From the sequence record PZ452605.1: a stretch of DNA of 50,828 nucleotides; one strand, 5' to 3'. Under the pieces are notes generated by a model. It was not told where the DNA came from. It searched no databases and worked only from the letters and a program-made list of their open reading frames with translations. Positions 30,902 to 40,293 of the stretch are shown piece by piece (the stretch's first letter is position 1; each line of letters starts with the position of its first letter). Both the position numbers and the translations under genes were made by a program. This DNA is from a phage.

Positions 30902-31627
30902 ATGGCTAAAGATATTTTAGATAAAGACACCCATGACGCATTCGTTAGCTTTGAGCAGTTGGAGAGAGAAACGTTTATAGGAAATGCTCTTGCAACTGGA
31001 GGCCATTACCAGGCAGTAAAGCCAAATCAATATTATAAGGTAAGCGGCAACCGATACGCTGGAAGCACTACGCCGGACGTTGTGCGCGATATGTGGAGCA
31101 CGCCTCAAGAGATCGTGGAGTGGATGGAATCAGAATTTGGTGAATACGATCTCGACGCGGCAGCAAGCCAGGAAAACGCAGTTTGCGAGAAGTTCTACAG
31201 CAAGGAAACAAATTGCTTAAAGCGTTGGTGGGGTAGCAACAAGCACGTATGGCTTAACCCGCCGTACAGCAACCCAACTCCATTTATCAAGAAAGCAATT
31301 GAGCAAATGGAGCACAACAACCAAATTGATGTTTTGTTGCCATCCGACAACTCTACAGCATGGTTTTATGAGGCGCAGAAAAACGCGGCTGAAATCATCT
31401 GGATCACTGGCGAGGTTTGCGAAGAGGGTGGAGTAGAATACTCCCGCACAGGAAGAATCGCCTTTGTGTCTGGATTGACTGGCGAGCCTGTACAGGGCAA
31501 CAACAAGGGAAGCGTGATTTTTGTCATGCGCAAACTTAAAGAAGGAGAGGAGCAGAAAACGCGATACGTTAAGATCAGCGATATTTGCCCCTCTGTAACC
31601 GAACGCCGCGCGCGCAAACGGAGCTAA
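30902..31627 (+). CDS. dam: DNA N6-adenine methyltransferase (phage Dam type)
   Basis: DLDAAAS and NPPYS motifs; GGAG RBS 8 nt before ATG. Confidence 0.75.
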   Translation: MAKDILDKDTHDAFVSFEQLERETFIGNALATGGHYQAVKPNQYYKVSGNRYAGSTTPDVVRDMWSTPQEIVEWMESEFGEYDLDAAASQENAVCEKFYSKETNCLKRWWGSNKHVWLNPPYSNPTPFIKKAIEQMEHNNQIDVLLPSDNSTAWFYEAQKNAAEIIWITGEVCEEGGVEYSRTGRIAFVSGLTGEPVQGNNKGSVIFVMRKLKEGEEQKTRYVKISDICPSVTERRARKRS

Positions 31628-31631
31628 CACG

Positions 31632-31889
31632 ATGAAAAAAGAGAGAAGCGTTTATTTAAATGAAACTGGCGAGTGGTTGTTATTTCGCGCTATGGTGTGC
31701 GATGCACTTGATAAAAACCCTAACGTGAAAAAGATGATTGATTGCGATCCGTGGGAATTTTCAAGCGCATTAGATATGAGCTTTGATGAGACAAGAAAAC
31801 TCCCTCTTGAAAAATGGCACGAACAAATCAGAAATGATATGCAAGAGTTTGTAGATTCGTGGAATTTTCAGAACGGAATGATCCACTAA
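31632..31889 (+). CDS. hypothetical protein
   Basis: 85-aa ORF; stop followed by intergenic motif. Confidence 0.4.
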   Translation: MKKERSVYLNETGEWLLFRAMVCDALDKNPNVKKMIDCDPWEFSSALDMSFDETRKLPLEKWHEQIRNDMQEFVDSWNFQNGMIH

Positions 31890-31908
31890 TAGCACTTTTT
31901 GTTAAAAC
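31889..31908 (+). repeat. intergenic motif copy, co-directional
   Basis: exact 20-mer directly after stop TAA; followed by hairpin, CATAAT and CATCGAAACGAAC. Confidence 0.65.
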
Positions 31909-31964
31909 GCCCGGCATTTTGTCGGGCATAATTATTTCATCGAAACGAACGTGAGGAAATGAAA

Positions 31965-32144
31965 ATGGTAGTATATAGCAAGAAAGCATTTGACAAGGCG
32001 CAACAAGCCGCACGCGAGGCGGTAAAAGGTGGAACGAAAAACAATATGCAGCTTGATTGGGGCGCTGCAATGATTCTACTTCGCGTTGCATATGGTCACT
32101 ACCCATTAGAATTTGCGGAGGCATATTATAAGCATGAAGGTTGA
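31965..32144 (+). CDS. hypothetical protein
   Basis: 59 aa from second ATG with GAGG RBS. Confidence 0.3.
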   Translation: MVVYSKKAFDKAQQAAREAVKGGTKNNMQLDWGAAMILLRVAYGHYPLEFAEAYYKHEG

Positions 32145-32376
32145 ACAAGGTAGAGAGGCGGTATGGAATCACGCTAAAGAATGCGGAATAGCCGACGATA
32201 TAAAGAAGATCGCGCAATACTTTGATATTGCAGATGTGAGCATAATTAGCGGCGATAAGATGACTTTCCTCAAGGAAAGGCCGCGAAAAATGGTAAGAGC
32301 TCCAGCAGTTCCAACAAAAATTGATTTCAAAGAGGCAATGGCTAAAATCCGAGAGCCTCGCAAATATTATAAATGA
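32134..32376 (+). CDS. hypothetical protein
   Basis: 80 aa; ATG overlaps upstream stop region. Confidence 0.3.
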   Translation: MKVEQGREAVWNHAKECGIADDIKKIAQYFDIADVSIISGDKMTFLKERPRKMVRAPAVPTKIDFKEAMAKIREPRKYYK

Positions 32377-32470
32377 GGATAGTTATCATGTGGCGCTTGT
32401 TTGTTCTACCGTTACCCGTTATCATCGCTGTTACAGTTATGTACCATATAGTGATGAGATAGGTAGCAGA

Positions 32471-33586
32471 ATGAAAAATGTAAAAATTACAGATGAGCAA
32501 TTCAAGATCGAACGGGCGGCGGGTAAGACATATAAACAGATCGCTCAAGAGTACGGAATGAATGTGAGAAGCGTCGAGCGTCGCGCGGCGCGACTTGCAA
32601 AGCAAGGCCAGGTATCCACCATTGGAGCGCCTGGTTTTGGCGTTCATGGTGAGTCAGTAATGACTGACAAAGAAGGCAACATAATCCTAAAGTGGACTAA
32701 AACCAGCAAGGATAAAGAGCAATTAGAAGCATTAATGCGCGCAGCAATGGAGGCATTTAGCGAGGAAGTGCCGCGATTAGATCCGGTTCCATTACAGGAG
32801 CGCGACTATAACGAAACGCTTTCCTTGTATCCGATCTTTGACATGCACTTAGGCGCTATGGCCCATAAGCACGAATGCGGCGAAAATTGGGATACTGCCA
32901 CGGCAGAGCGCGTTATGAATAACTTTATCGACTATGCTTTAATGTGCGCACCGGATAGCGAAAAGGCTGTCATCCTGATTGGTGGCGATATGCTGCATAG
33001 CGACGGCCTGGAGGCGGTTACACCTGCAAGCGGTCACGTACTGGATCAAGATAGTCGATATGCAAAATTGGTTTACGTTGCCATCCGTGCAATGCGACGC
33101 GCAATCAATAAAATGTTGTTAAAGCATAAACATGTTGAAGTCCAGATCGTAGAGGGCAATCATGACCAATCAGGAATGATTTGGCTGCGCGCAGCAATGG
33201 CGGCAGCATATGAAAACGAGCCGCGCGTTTACGTTGATGTTTCACCTCGCGTTGTGCACCACACGCAATACGGAAAAACTTTCCTTGCGTACCATCACGG
33301 GCACACAGTGCGTAAACCGGAGACTTTGCTAATGATGTGCGCGTCAGATTGGCGGGAGGACTTCGGAAACTCAAAAACGATGTATGCGCACGTAGGGCAC
33401 TGGCATCACCAGACCGTGACAGAAACGTCGCTTGGCATCGTTGAGGTGCATAGCACCCTGGCGGCAAAAGACGCATACGCCGCGCGCGGTGGCTGGAGAT
33501 CTCGACGCCGTGCGGCGGTTATCATTTACGACAAAGAGCATGGAGAGGTGGGGCGATTTGTTCACTATCCAGAAATGATGAATTGA
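32471..33586 (+). CDS. calcineurin-like metallophosphoesterase with N-terminal HTH
   Basis: GDMLHSD, GNHD and GHWHH phosphoesterase motifs; N-terminal KQIAQEYGMNVRSVERR helix-turn-helix. Confidence 0.6.
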   Translation: MKNVKITDEQFKIERAAGKTYKQIAQEYGMNVRSVERRAARLAKQGQVSTIGAPGFGVHGESVMTDKEGNIILKWTKTSKDKEQLEALMRAAMEAFSEEVPRLDPVPLQERDYNETLSLYPIFDMHLGAMAHKHECGENWDTATAERVMNNFIDYALMCAPDSEKAVILIGGDMLHSDGLEAVTPASGHVLDQDSRYAKLVYVAIRAMRRAINKMLLKHKHVEVQIVEGNHDQSGMIWLRAAMAAAYENEPRVYVDVSPRVVHHTQYGKTFLAYHHGHTVRKPETLLMMCASDWREDFGNSKTMYAHVGHWHHQTVTETSLGIVEVHSTLAAKDAYAARGGWRSRRRAAVIIYDKEHGEVGRFVHYPEMMN

Positions 33587-33732
33587 TGAATTTTTATTTA
33601 AATCAATGACAAATTAAATCAAAAACTTGCAAGGGGGCGGCGTTTGTCGCCTCTTTTTTTTGTTTAATTTTTTTACCATGTACGTTTATCATGCTGTCAA
33701 TATATTGACTTTAATTAATATGGAGAATAAAA

Positions 33733-33948
33733 ATGAAAGATTTTATTAACGCAGCTACCGCCGGATCTGGCGGTTCATCTATCGCAAGCGCCGCTACAGG
33801 GCAGTTAACCATTGCTATTGCCAGCTTTGTTTTAATGGCTGCATTCGGTGCATGGGGCGCTTACCTTCGCTGGCGTGATAGTAAAAAATTCCACGAGGCG
33901 ATCGAAAAAGGTGATATTCAAAAAGCTATTGAAATCAGGGGCAAGTAA
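33733..33948 (+). CDS. holin
   Basis: 71 aa; central hydrophobic helix and charged C-terminus; directly precedes endolysin. Confidence 0.6.
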   Translation: MKDFINAATAGSGGSSIASAATGQLTIAIASFVLMAAFGAWGAYLRWRDSKKFHEAIEKGDIQKAIEIRGK

Positions 33949-34439
33949 TGAGCATAAAGAACAGGGTAGCGGCGGCGGCCTTTGGCGTTGCGGTTGCCTT
34001 GACTTCTCCACTTCTTGAAGAGATCGAAGGGGTAAGATACAAGCCATACAAAGATATTGCGGGAGTATGGACGGTTTGCGCAGGAATCACCGGACCCGAT
34101 GTTATCCTGGGGAAAACGTACACTAAAAAAGAGTGTGATGCTTTGTTGGCTAAGCATATCCAGGTTGCTAAAAAGGAAGTTGACAAGCAAGTTAAGGTTG
34201 ACATTCCTGATAGTATGCGTGCAGCAATGTACTCATTCACTTACAATGCAGGTGTGGGAGCTTTCAGAAATTCAACAATGCTGAAACTCATCAACCAGGG
34301 GAAATTAAACGAGGCTTGCGATCAGCTTTATCGTTGGACTTATTACCATAACCCAAAAACAGGAAAGCGCGAGAAGTCTAAAGGCTTACTTAACAGGCGC
34401 AAGGTCGAATACAAATATTGCACAATGGATCTGAAATGA
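33948..34439 (+). CDS. SAR endolysin (T4-type lysozyme)
   Basis: Ala/Gly-rich N-terminal signal-anchor-release segment; E-D-T catalytic triad region [16 protein letters not shown]. Confidence 0.75.
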   Translation: MSIKNRVAAAAFGVAVALTSPLLEEIEGVRYKPYKDIAGVWTVCAGITGPDVILGKTYTKKECDALLAKHIQVAKKEVDKQVKVDIPDSMRAAMYSFTYNAGVGAFRNSTMLKLINQGKLNEACDQLYRWTYYHNPKTGKREKSKGLLNRRKVEYKYCTMDLK

Positions 34440-34831
34440 TGAAGAAATTTTTAATCGCACCAATCGCAATGGCGGTGATCTTGTCTGGATGTTCAAGCGT
34501 TACGCCACTGACCGGATTAATCGGCAGTAAGCCGGAAATCACAGCACAGGCTGGCGCGGAGAACGTGAAGCAGACAGTTGGCATTACAGCAAAGCAGGAC
34601 TCCAGCACAAAACAGGAAACCACAATAAAGGAATCTGCGGTTGACAAGGTGGACACGTCCATCAAGAAGGATTTCACAACATCAACCATTCAGGCCAATA
34701 CCATCAAGGCAGACAAAATTCAGGTCGTGCAGGGTAATAACGGCAGATGGTACGATCCGGTAATCATATGCGTGGTTGTGTTAATTGTGCTGATTTGTCT
34801 TTACTGGAGAGAAAAGAAAAAGGAGGCTTAA
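34436..34831 (+). CDS. unimolecular spanin (u-spanin)
   Basis: N-terminal lipoprotein signal with lipobox LSGC plus C-terminal transmembrane helix [16 protein letters not shown]; same architecture as T1 gp11. Confidence 0.65.
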   Translation: MMKKFLIAPIAMAVILSGCSSVTPLTGLIGSKPEITAQAGAENVKQTVGITAKQDSSTKQETTIKESAVDKVDTSIKKDFTTSTIQANTIKADKIQVVQGNNGRWYDPVIICVVVLIVLICLYWREKKKEA

Positions 34832-34848
34832 TGCCTCCTTTATTTTTA
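34818..34848. terminator. bidirectional terminator
   Basis: AGGAGGC-TTAAT-GCCTCCT then T-rich; between convergent lysis and early leftward genes. Confidence 0.6.
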
Positions 34849-35070
34849 TGCGTCGGGCCACATATGAGTTTCGTTTGTTGGCTTGTTCGATTCGTCGTAC
34901 TTCCTTACTTCAATGCTGCAAGTGTCGCCATACATTTCTGCAATCTTGCGCTCATTTTCAACCGCCGATTGCTCACTCCATCCAAAACCTCTGTCGTAAA
35001 TTGTCGGGATTTCAGCAGAAGATCCGTTGTCATGATTATATACGCGAACTACTAAAAACTTGCTGGACAT
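34846..35070 (-). CDS. hypothetical protein
   Basis: 74-aa ORF, last gene of leftward cluster. Confidence 0.35.
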   Translation of the reverse strand: MSSKFLVVRVYNHDNGSSAEIPTIYDRGFGWSEQSAVENERKIAEMYGDTCSIEVRKYDESNKPTNETHMWPDA

Positions 35071-35130
35071 AATTTTACCTTTTGGTTGTTTCGTTTCAAT
35101 GAAACAAATATACCCGACACTAGGCCGGGC

Positions 35131-35150
35131 GTTTTAACAAAAAATGCTAT
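35131..35150 (-). repeat. intergenic motif copy, co-directional (minus)
   Basis: reverse complement ATAGCATTTTTTGTTAAAAC containing stop TAG. Confidence 0.6.
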
Positions 35151-35341
35151 TCCATACGCTTTACCGTAACCAGTAATACACCATCATCATTGCATAAAAC
35201 ATGTTCAGTGGTGCTAAAAGCGCGCATATCTGAATAAAGTAGCGTAAGTAAAGCATGAATAAAATCCTCATGTGATATTGAATTTACGGCGCAGTGCTTC
35301 AAGATCTTGTCTATTAGCTTTTGCCTGGAACAATTCATCAT
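35147..35341 (-). CDS. hypothetical protein (start uncertain)
   Basis: 64-aa ORF overlapping upstream gene by 74 nt. Confidence 0.25.
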   Translation of the reverse strand: MMNCSRQKLIDKILKHCAVNSISHEDFIHALLTLLYSDMRAFSTTEHVLCNDDGVLLVTVKRME

Positions 35342-35663
35342 CGCCCATCTCCCCTATTCTAGCCATATCCCTGATCCAGTCGTTGCGCATACCATCCAGG
35401 CTATAAAATTCGAATCCGAAAGGCCGCTTTGACGATCCTTTGGACCAGTATTTACCGCAGACCCCATCTATATAGCCAGCCGTCATCATTCTTGCGCAAA
35501 ATTCCTTAGATGCAAGGCTGGCGAACATTCGCGGCGTAAGTCCGGCGGCCCGTGCGAGCCGCTCACATTCTCTATGCTGATAGATAAATTTGGCTATGTG
35601 CTGCCTGTTAAACCAGTCGTATGACTCACACCATTTATACAGATCAAGCAAAAACATAATCAT
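35268..35663 (-). CDS. hypothetical protein
   Basis: 131-aa ORF, start overlaps upstream stop. Confidence 0.4.
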   Translation of the reverse strand: MIMFLLDLYKWCESYDWFNRQHIAKFIYQHRECERLARAAGLTPRMFASLASKEFCARMMTAGYIDGVCGKYWSKGSSKRPFGFEFYSLDGMRNDWIRDMARIGEMGDDELFQAKANRQDLEALRRKFNIT

Positions 35664-37240
35664 CCCAGCAGTATTGGATTGACAAAAATAACACCATTAA
35701 TCACACAAACATAATTTCTTTCTTCCAGCATTGGCAGCAAGTGCCCTTCTATCCTCTTCATTACGCCAGCCTGACCAACGAAAGGTTTTACCTTTCTCGC
35801 TGATTCGTACAGGGCGCGAATATTCAGGATCCCTTTGTTAGCCTTGCCGTGCCTCGTGATCAATTCAATCAATTTACCCATTTCAGCATCATCACCAGCA
35901 TAACCAGAAGCATTGGCGGCGCTAATGTATGTTTTGCTCAACTCCTGAAACATGATCAGAGCCTCTTGCATTGTATCTACGTCGATCTCTTTCGACTTCT
36001 GCGGGTATCCAGCAGGATTAAACCAGTTGCGTATAACATGCAGGACGGAAGCAAGCCTGATCACCTGTTTATCCATTTTACCCAGCGCACCGCGTAACAT
36101 TGTATGAGAATACTTTCCTCCGTCTGCAAGATGCGGTTCCATATCCTGGCGAGCAATGTTGAGCACTCGCATAGCTGAACGGCTTATTTTCAGCGATATA
36201 TTTGATTCGCCCATGATGTTATGCACCAATTGATAATATTGGGCTTTCAATTCAGAATCCACCGCCTCATAGGTAGAATCACCATTTTCATCAATGAATG
36301 AGCGACGGCCTAAGAATGATTCCTCGCGGACCAACAAAAAACGCTCACTAACACCGATGCCTCGCGATCCAGCGTCCATTATTCCGCTTATCGTTTCATC
36401 CTGGGCTATAACGCTCATACATCCAAGCGCGCGAAAACTCATATTATTGTCAGCATTAGCGCGGGCAATTGATACGTGACCATTATCCCACGCCTTAAGC
36501 ACTAACTCACTGTTAGTCTTCCTTTCGCTATTTGCATAGGTCAAGCCTAACAGACTGTTAATACTTGTTGCTTCATCAGATATTACGGCAAAGTTACCTT
36601 GCTTGTTGTTGATTTTCGCCAAGCCTTCTGGAGTTGTATCTGAAACAGGAAAAGTTATATCACACATTTTTTCCAGCTTTTCCTCCAGATCCTCTTTTTC
36701 CTGGTATAGAGATTCCATATCAGCGCCGGATCTTTCGCTTTTCATCTCCTTTGCAAGACCTGCCAGCTTTGCCTGTATTTTCTTTCTTTCCTTGCGGCGT
36801 TGCTCGTTGATCTTCTCAACTTCCGCAATCATCGGAGCAATAGCCATGCTGTTGATCGCAGATTTACCAGTTGACGGCGGCTGGCTTGTAACGACGTAAA
36901 GCGCAGTCGGCTGATCGGTTCCGTGATAGTCAACCGTAAAGCGTCCAAGCATAGCGGCAGAAATGCAGCCGATAAAGTGCATGTAAGCCGATGATTCAGG
37001 GAATTGAACGGATCGCGCAATGCTGCGTGATAACTTGCCGACAACATCAATATCATTACCAAGAGAAATAACGGGGTAGCGATCGTGACCGCTATTCACA
37101 TCCTTTACGTCGCCCCAAAAGCTGGACGACTGGCGATAGCCGTTAGCCTGAATTGATACGCGAACTGGTGAGAGGTTCTGGCTTTCAGCCATAGCGATTA
37201 TTTGCTGTGGAGTTAATTTGTTCGTTTCTAATGAAAACAT
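35660..37240 (-). CDS. DUF3987-like P-loop NTPase
   Basis: 526 aa; P-loop-like VVTSQPPSTGKSA; largest protein of the early leftward cluster. Confidence 0.45.
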   Translation of the reverse strand: MFSLETNKLTPQQIIAMAESQNLSPVRVSIQANGYRQSSSFWGDVKDVNSGHDRYPVISLGNDIDVVGKLSRSIARSVQFPESSAYMHFIGCISAAMLGRFTVDYHGTDQPTALYVVTSQPPSTGKSAINSMAIAPMIAEVEKINEQRRKERKKIQAKLAGLAKEMKSERSGADMESLYQEKEDLEEKLEKMCDITFPVSDTTPEGLAKINNKQGNFAVISDEATSINSLLGLTYANSERKTNSELVLKAWDNGHVSIARANADNNMSFRALGCMSVIAQDETISGIMDAGSRGIGVSERFLLVREESFLGRRSFIDENGDSTYEAVDSELKAQYYQLVHNIMGESNISLKISRSAMRVLNIARQDMEPHLADGGKYSHTMLRGALGKMDKQVIRLASVLHVIRNWFNPAGYPQKSKEIDVDTMQEALIMFQELSKTYISAANASGYAGDDAEMGKLIELITRHGKANKGILNIRALYESARKVKPFVGQAGVMKRIEGHLLPMLEERNYVCVINGVIFVNPILLG

Positions 37241-37292
37241 TCGTTAGCTTCTCCTTTGTGGGCCGTAAATTTTAACGGCCCAATACTACCCC

Positions 37293-37312
37293 GTTTTGTC
37301 AAAAAGTGCTAT
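37293..37312 (-). repeat. intergenic motif copy, co-directional (minus)
   Basis: ATAGCACTTTTTGACAAAAC containing stop TAG. Confidence 0.6.
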
Positions 37313-37530
37313 TTGATCCGCTCTATTGCAACCAGAAGTCGATCAGGCTGGCGGTCGCTGTAGCATTCTCCTGTAATCCCATCCTTAAACGTAAAGTAAA
37401 GCGCCTTATGATATGAAAAACCAATCAGCCAACCTACCGCCGTTTTTTTGATGGGCCTGACTATATCGCCAGGCTTGAAAGTCTTTGTGGTAGAATGCGT
37501 TACTTTGTAACGGTTTTCACTGTTTATCAC
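37309..37530 (-). CDS. hypothetical protein
   Basis: 73-aa ORF; stop embedded in intergenic motif. Confidence 0.4.
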   Translation of the reverse strand: MINSENRYKVTHSTTKTFKPGDIVRPIKKTAVGWLIGFSYHKALYFTFKDGITGECYSDRQPDRLLVAIERIK

Positions 37531-37919
37531 AGATATTTACCCTCAAAAAGATAACAGCCGCCAGCAGAGAATCCGACCTCTTCACGGTACAGGTTCCAGC
37601 GGTCGCCGCACTCATCAAAAACATAACCAGCAATGCTTCCAAGCGGTCGCCCTTTCTCGATCTGGTATCTCTTTCCCTGCTTAAAGTGCTTTTTGCACGG
37701 CATATTATGATCTACAAACGTGCAAAGAACGGTTTTTGTGTTAATGGCGCGGTAATCATCTCGGTTTGCTGGAAGCCAGCGGCTACCCTTAACAAGCGTC
37801 TTAACCTGGAATTCTTCCACCTCGATCACATCATTACTTCCTGCAATCTTCTGATAAACCGTTTTAAAACGGCCTTTCATCAATACGTTGGTTTCATTAC
37901 AGATAACATTCATGATCAT
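37527..37919 (-). CDS. hypothetical protein
   Basis: 130-aa ORF; AAGGAG RBS. Confidence 0.4.
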   Translation of the reverse strand: MIMNVICNETNVLMKGRFKTVYQKIAGSNDVIEVEEFQVKTLVKGSRWLPANRDDYRAINTKTVLCTFVDHNMPCKKHFKQGKRYQIEKGRPLGSIAGYVFDECGDRWNLYREEVGFSAGGCYLFEGKYL

Positions 37920-37965
37920 ATCTCCTTTGTTTGTTCGATGTGATTATGCCAGGTTTTACACCTGG

Positions 37966-37985
37966 CTTTTAACAAAAAGTGCTAT
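37966..37985 (-). repeat. intergenic motif copy, co-directional (minus)
   Basis: ATAGCACTTTTTGTTAAAAG containing stop TAG of methylase gene. Confidence 0.65.
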
Positions 37986-38692
37986 TTTGAGTTTGACTCA
38001 AAGACGGCGCGAGCAAAGCCGCGCGGAGTGAGGGAGCGGATCATCTTTGTGCGTGATGACTTGCCACCAGTTTTGGCCCAGCCTGGATTATCTTTGTCGT
38101 TCTCTTTCGGCAGGATTAAAGCGCGTGGAGGAATAACAAAGCCGTTGCCAGTCCAGAGGCACGTTTTCTTAAAGTAGCGATCCCGCGCCGGAATAATATC
38201 AGGGAAGTCGGGATGTTTATCATCTTCCGGCAGATAGCCAGCGTAATCGCACGGATGGAACGTATAATCAGGCTTACGCCATAACGTTGACAACTTGCCA
38301 ACCGGATTTTCGATCATGTAAGGAACACCGAAATAATCAGCTATATCAGCAGCGATTCTGCAAGTGTCGGCGGCCTCATCCTGGAACAATGGATTCTCAA
38401 GTCGTTTTTTGGCCCAATGGCGAGATCCGCTATTTGCAAGGTCGGTGCATGGTGGGAAGGCCATAATAAAATCAGGATTGCCCCACTCATTATTGATTGC
38501 CTTAACATAAAAAGCATCATCAATCCAGACGTTAACGTATTCGATATTCTTATGCTGTATGCGCACTGACTGGTAATCACCGTGATCGCCGCCGTCAGCA
38601 TTAAAGCAAATGCACTTATAGCCATTATCAGCCCAATCTTTAACGGCTTTACCAGATCCATCAAATAGGGAGAATATTAAACCTTTATACAT
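37982..38692 (-). CDS. DNA cytosine-5 methyltransferase (short orphan Dcm type)
   Basis: motif I FSLFDGSG, motif IV PPCTD catalytic Pro-Cys, motif VI ENP; GAGG RBS. Confidence 0.7.
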   Translation of the reverse strand: MYKGLIFSLFDGSGKAVKDWADNGYKCICFNADGGDHGDYQSVRIQHKNIEYVNVWIDDAFYVKAINNEWGNPDFIMAFPPCTDLANSGSRHWAKKRLENPLFQDEAADTCRIAADIADYFGVPYMIENPVGKLSTLWRKPDYTFHPCDYAGYLPEDDKHPDFPDIIPARDRYFKKTCLWTGNGFVIPPRALILPKENDKDNPGWAKTGGKSSRTKMIRSLTPRGFARAVFESNSK

Positions 38693-38702
38693 CGTCATTA
38701 CC

Positions 38703-38927
38703 TCAAAACGGAAAACAGCGCGGACAACTAGGATCGAAATCGCATCCACAATCATTAACAATCATATTGGGATCTGCAAATATTGCGCTTGATTCAAGAT
38801 CCATATCCATATCACCTAAAGCCTCATCAAGAGTCTTAATTTTATATGCCACTTCAAGCGCCGCCTCTTTATTTAGTCCGGCATCTTCTGCCATTTGAAG
38901 GCGTTCAAAAAATCCGTCCTGACTCAT
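38703..38927 (-). CDS. hypothetical acidic protein with C-terminal Cys cluster
   Basis: 74 aa; CGCDFDPSCPRC at C-terminus. Confidence 0.4.
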   Translation of the reverse strand: MSQDGFFERLQMAEDAGLNKEAALEVAYKIKTLDEALGDMDMDLESSAIFADPNMIVNDCGCDFDPSCPRCFPF

Positions 38928-39040
38928 CGCATAACTCCCTTAATAACAGCCAAGATAATGGCCAGGCCAGCAGCAGTAACCAAAAATCCAACCGCGCCAA
39001 TAATCGAATAAAAAAATAAATCAATAGCTTTATCTATCAT
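38924..39040 (-). CDS. small hydrophobic membrane peptide
   Basis: 38 aa MIDKAIDLFFYSIIGAVGFLVTAAGLAIILAVIKGVMR; GAGGTG RBS; ATGA overlap with next gene; below ORF-track size cutoff. Confidence 0.3.
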   Translation of the reverse strand: MIDKAIDLFFYSIIGAVGFLVTAAGLAIILAVIKGVMR

Positions 39041-39082
39041 TTTCCACCTCATTTAAAAGGCGGCAAAACGCCGCCAGATTAA

Positions 39083-39310
39083 TTAAAGAGCGCGCCAACT
39101 TTGAATATAGAAAGCGTTTTCTTCCAGTAATTCTTTTACCTGATCTTTATTGTATTTGCGCACCTTACCGCCTGGATGGATACCAATAAGATAGCCGCCT
39201 TTGCCCTCTGTGATAGTGATTTGGCTAATTCCGCAGGACTTATCAAGTTTTACAGCCACGCGGTGATGAGCGTCAATAGTTGCCATAATGTTTAAAACTT
39301 TTGCTTTCAT
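39083..39310 (-). CDS. hypothetical protein
   Basis: 75-aa ORF. Confidence 0.4.
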   Translation of the reverse strand: MKAKVLNIMATIDAHHRVAVKLDKSCGISQITITEGKGGYLIGIHPGGKVRKYNKDQVKELLEENAFYIQSWRAL

Positions 39311-39466
39311 TTAAATATCCTCAATTGAAATATGAATGACGTGGCGCTCTTTTTCCGTCGCCGCCGTAATGGTCATTTGCAACCGCCACCATCCAAGCGT
39401 TTTTGAAAATAAATAGCCTCATTTCTTATTTTCAGCTTAAATTTATGGCCTGGAACACCAGCGCCA

Positions 39467-39748
39467 TTATGCGATCCCAGTTACGTTAAAACTTACAGCC
39501 TTTGTTGCGCTAAATACATAAGCATCAACAGCGCCGCAAAATACACGAATTTTACCCTGGCCGTACTGCGCATTCATATTTCGCCAAACCGTTCTATTAG
39601 AGCAGAATGCGCTACCAGTCTTAATAAGCATATCCATCTCTTTTCTTAGATCGCGATAGTCAAGCCAGAATCTAAAGGCGCGCTGTTTAATTCGCGCCGC
39701 CTTGATTTTTTCTCTTGCGCTATTGAAATCATTCTTTTCGTATGCCAT
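39467..39748 (-). CDS. hypothetical protein
   Basis: 93-aa basic ORF. Confidence 0.4.
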   Translation of the reverse strand: MAYEKNDFNSAREKIKAARIKQRAFRFWLDYRDLRKEMDMLIKTGSAFCSNRTVWRNMNAQYGQGKIRVFCGAVDAYVFSATKAVSFNVTGIA

Positions 39749-39945
39749 TAAATGATCTCCATGTATGTTTCAAAGCCATTTAACTTGAACAGGCCGTTTT
39801 CACATTTGCGCACGTTCCAAGTTAGCCCTGAGTGGTACGCCTCCATATCATCAAGGTCAATGGTGATTTCAGCACCTTTCTTAAACAAACCTTTTTCGTG
39901 AGACTTGTCGCGCTTAACAACTTTAACATCAACCTGATTTTCCAT
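39748..39945 (-). CDS. hypothetical protein
   Basis: 65-aa ORF; start follows motif-hairpin-leader element. Confidence 0.4.
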   Translation of the reverse strand: MENQVDVKVVKRDKSHEKGLFKKGAEITIDLDDMEAYHSGLTWNVRKCENGLFKLNGFETYMEII

Positions 39946-39999
39946 CTTTAAATCCTCGTTTGTTGTCGATGCGCTTACTATACCAATCAGCAGCGCATC

Positions 40000-40020
40000 G
40001 TTTTTAACAAAAAGTGCTAT
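40000..40020 (-). repeat. intergenic motif copy, co-directional (minus)
   Basis: ATAGCACTTTTTGTTAAAAAC right after stop TAA. Confidence 0.65.
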
Positions 40021-40281
40021 TTAGTTCAGAAATTCGATTTCACGCTCTCCAGTTAGCGGATCTACAAGCCAGAATCCGAGCGGTTCGTGAGCACCGCCAT
40101 AGAATCCAAGCGCCGCCAGATCTTCACCTTTAACGAATACCAGATTTCCGCTACGGCTTACGTGAGACACGTTAACGATAACCGGAAATGTGCGATCCTT
40201 AAATGCAGGCCGCAGGGCGTAACATCCGTTATTGAGCAAACGTGCTTTGCGCTTAACTGGAATAGGTGCATTAATTTTCAT
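40021..40281 (-). CDS. hypothetical protein
   Basis: 86 aa; AAGGAG RBS 8 nt upstream. Confidence 0.45.
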   Translation of the reverse strand: MKINAPIPVKRKARLLNNGCYALRPAFKDRTFPVIVNVSHVSRSGNLVFVKGEDLAALGFYGGAHEPLGFWLVDPLTGEREIEFLN

Positions 40282-40293
40282 GGTTATTACTCC

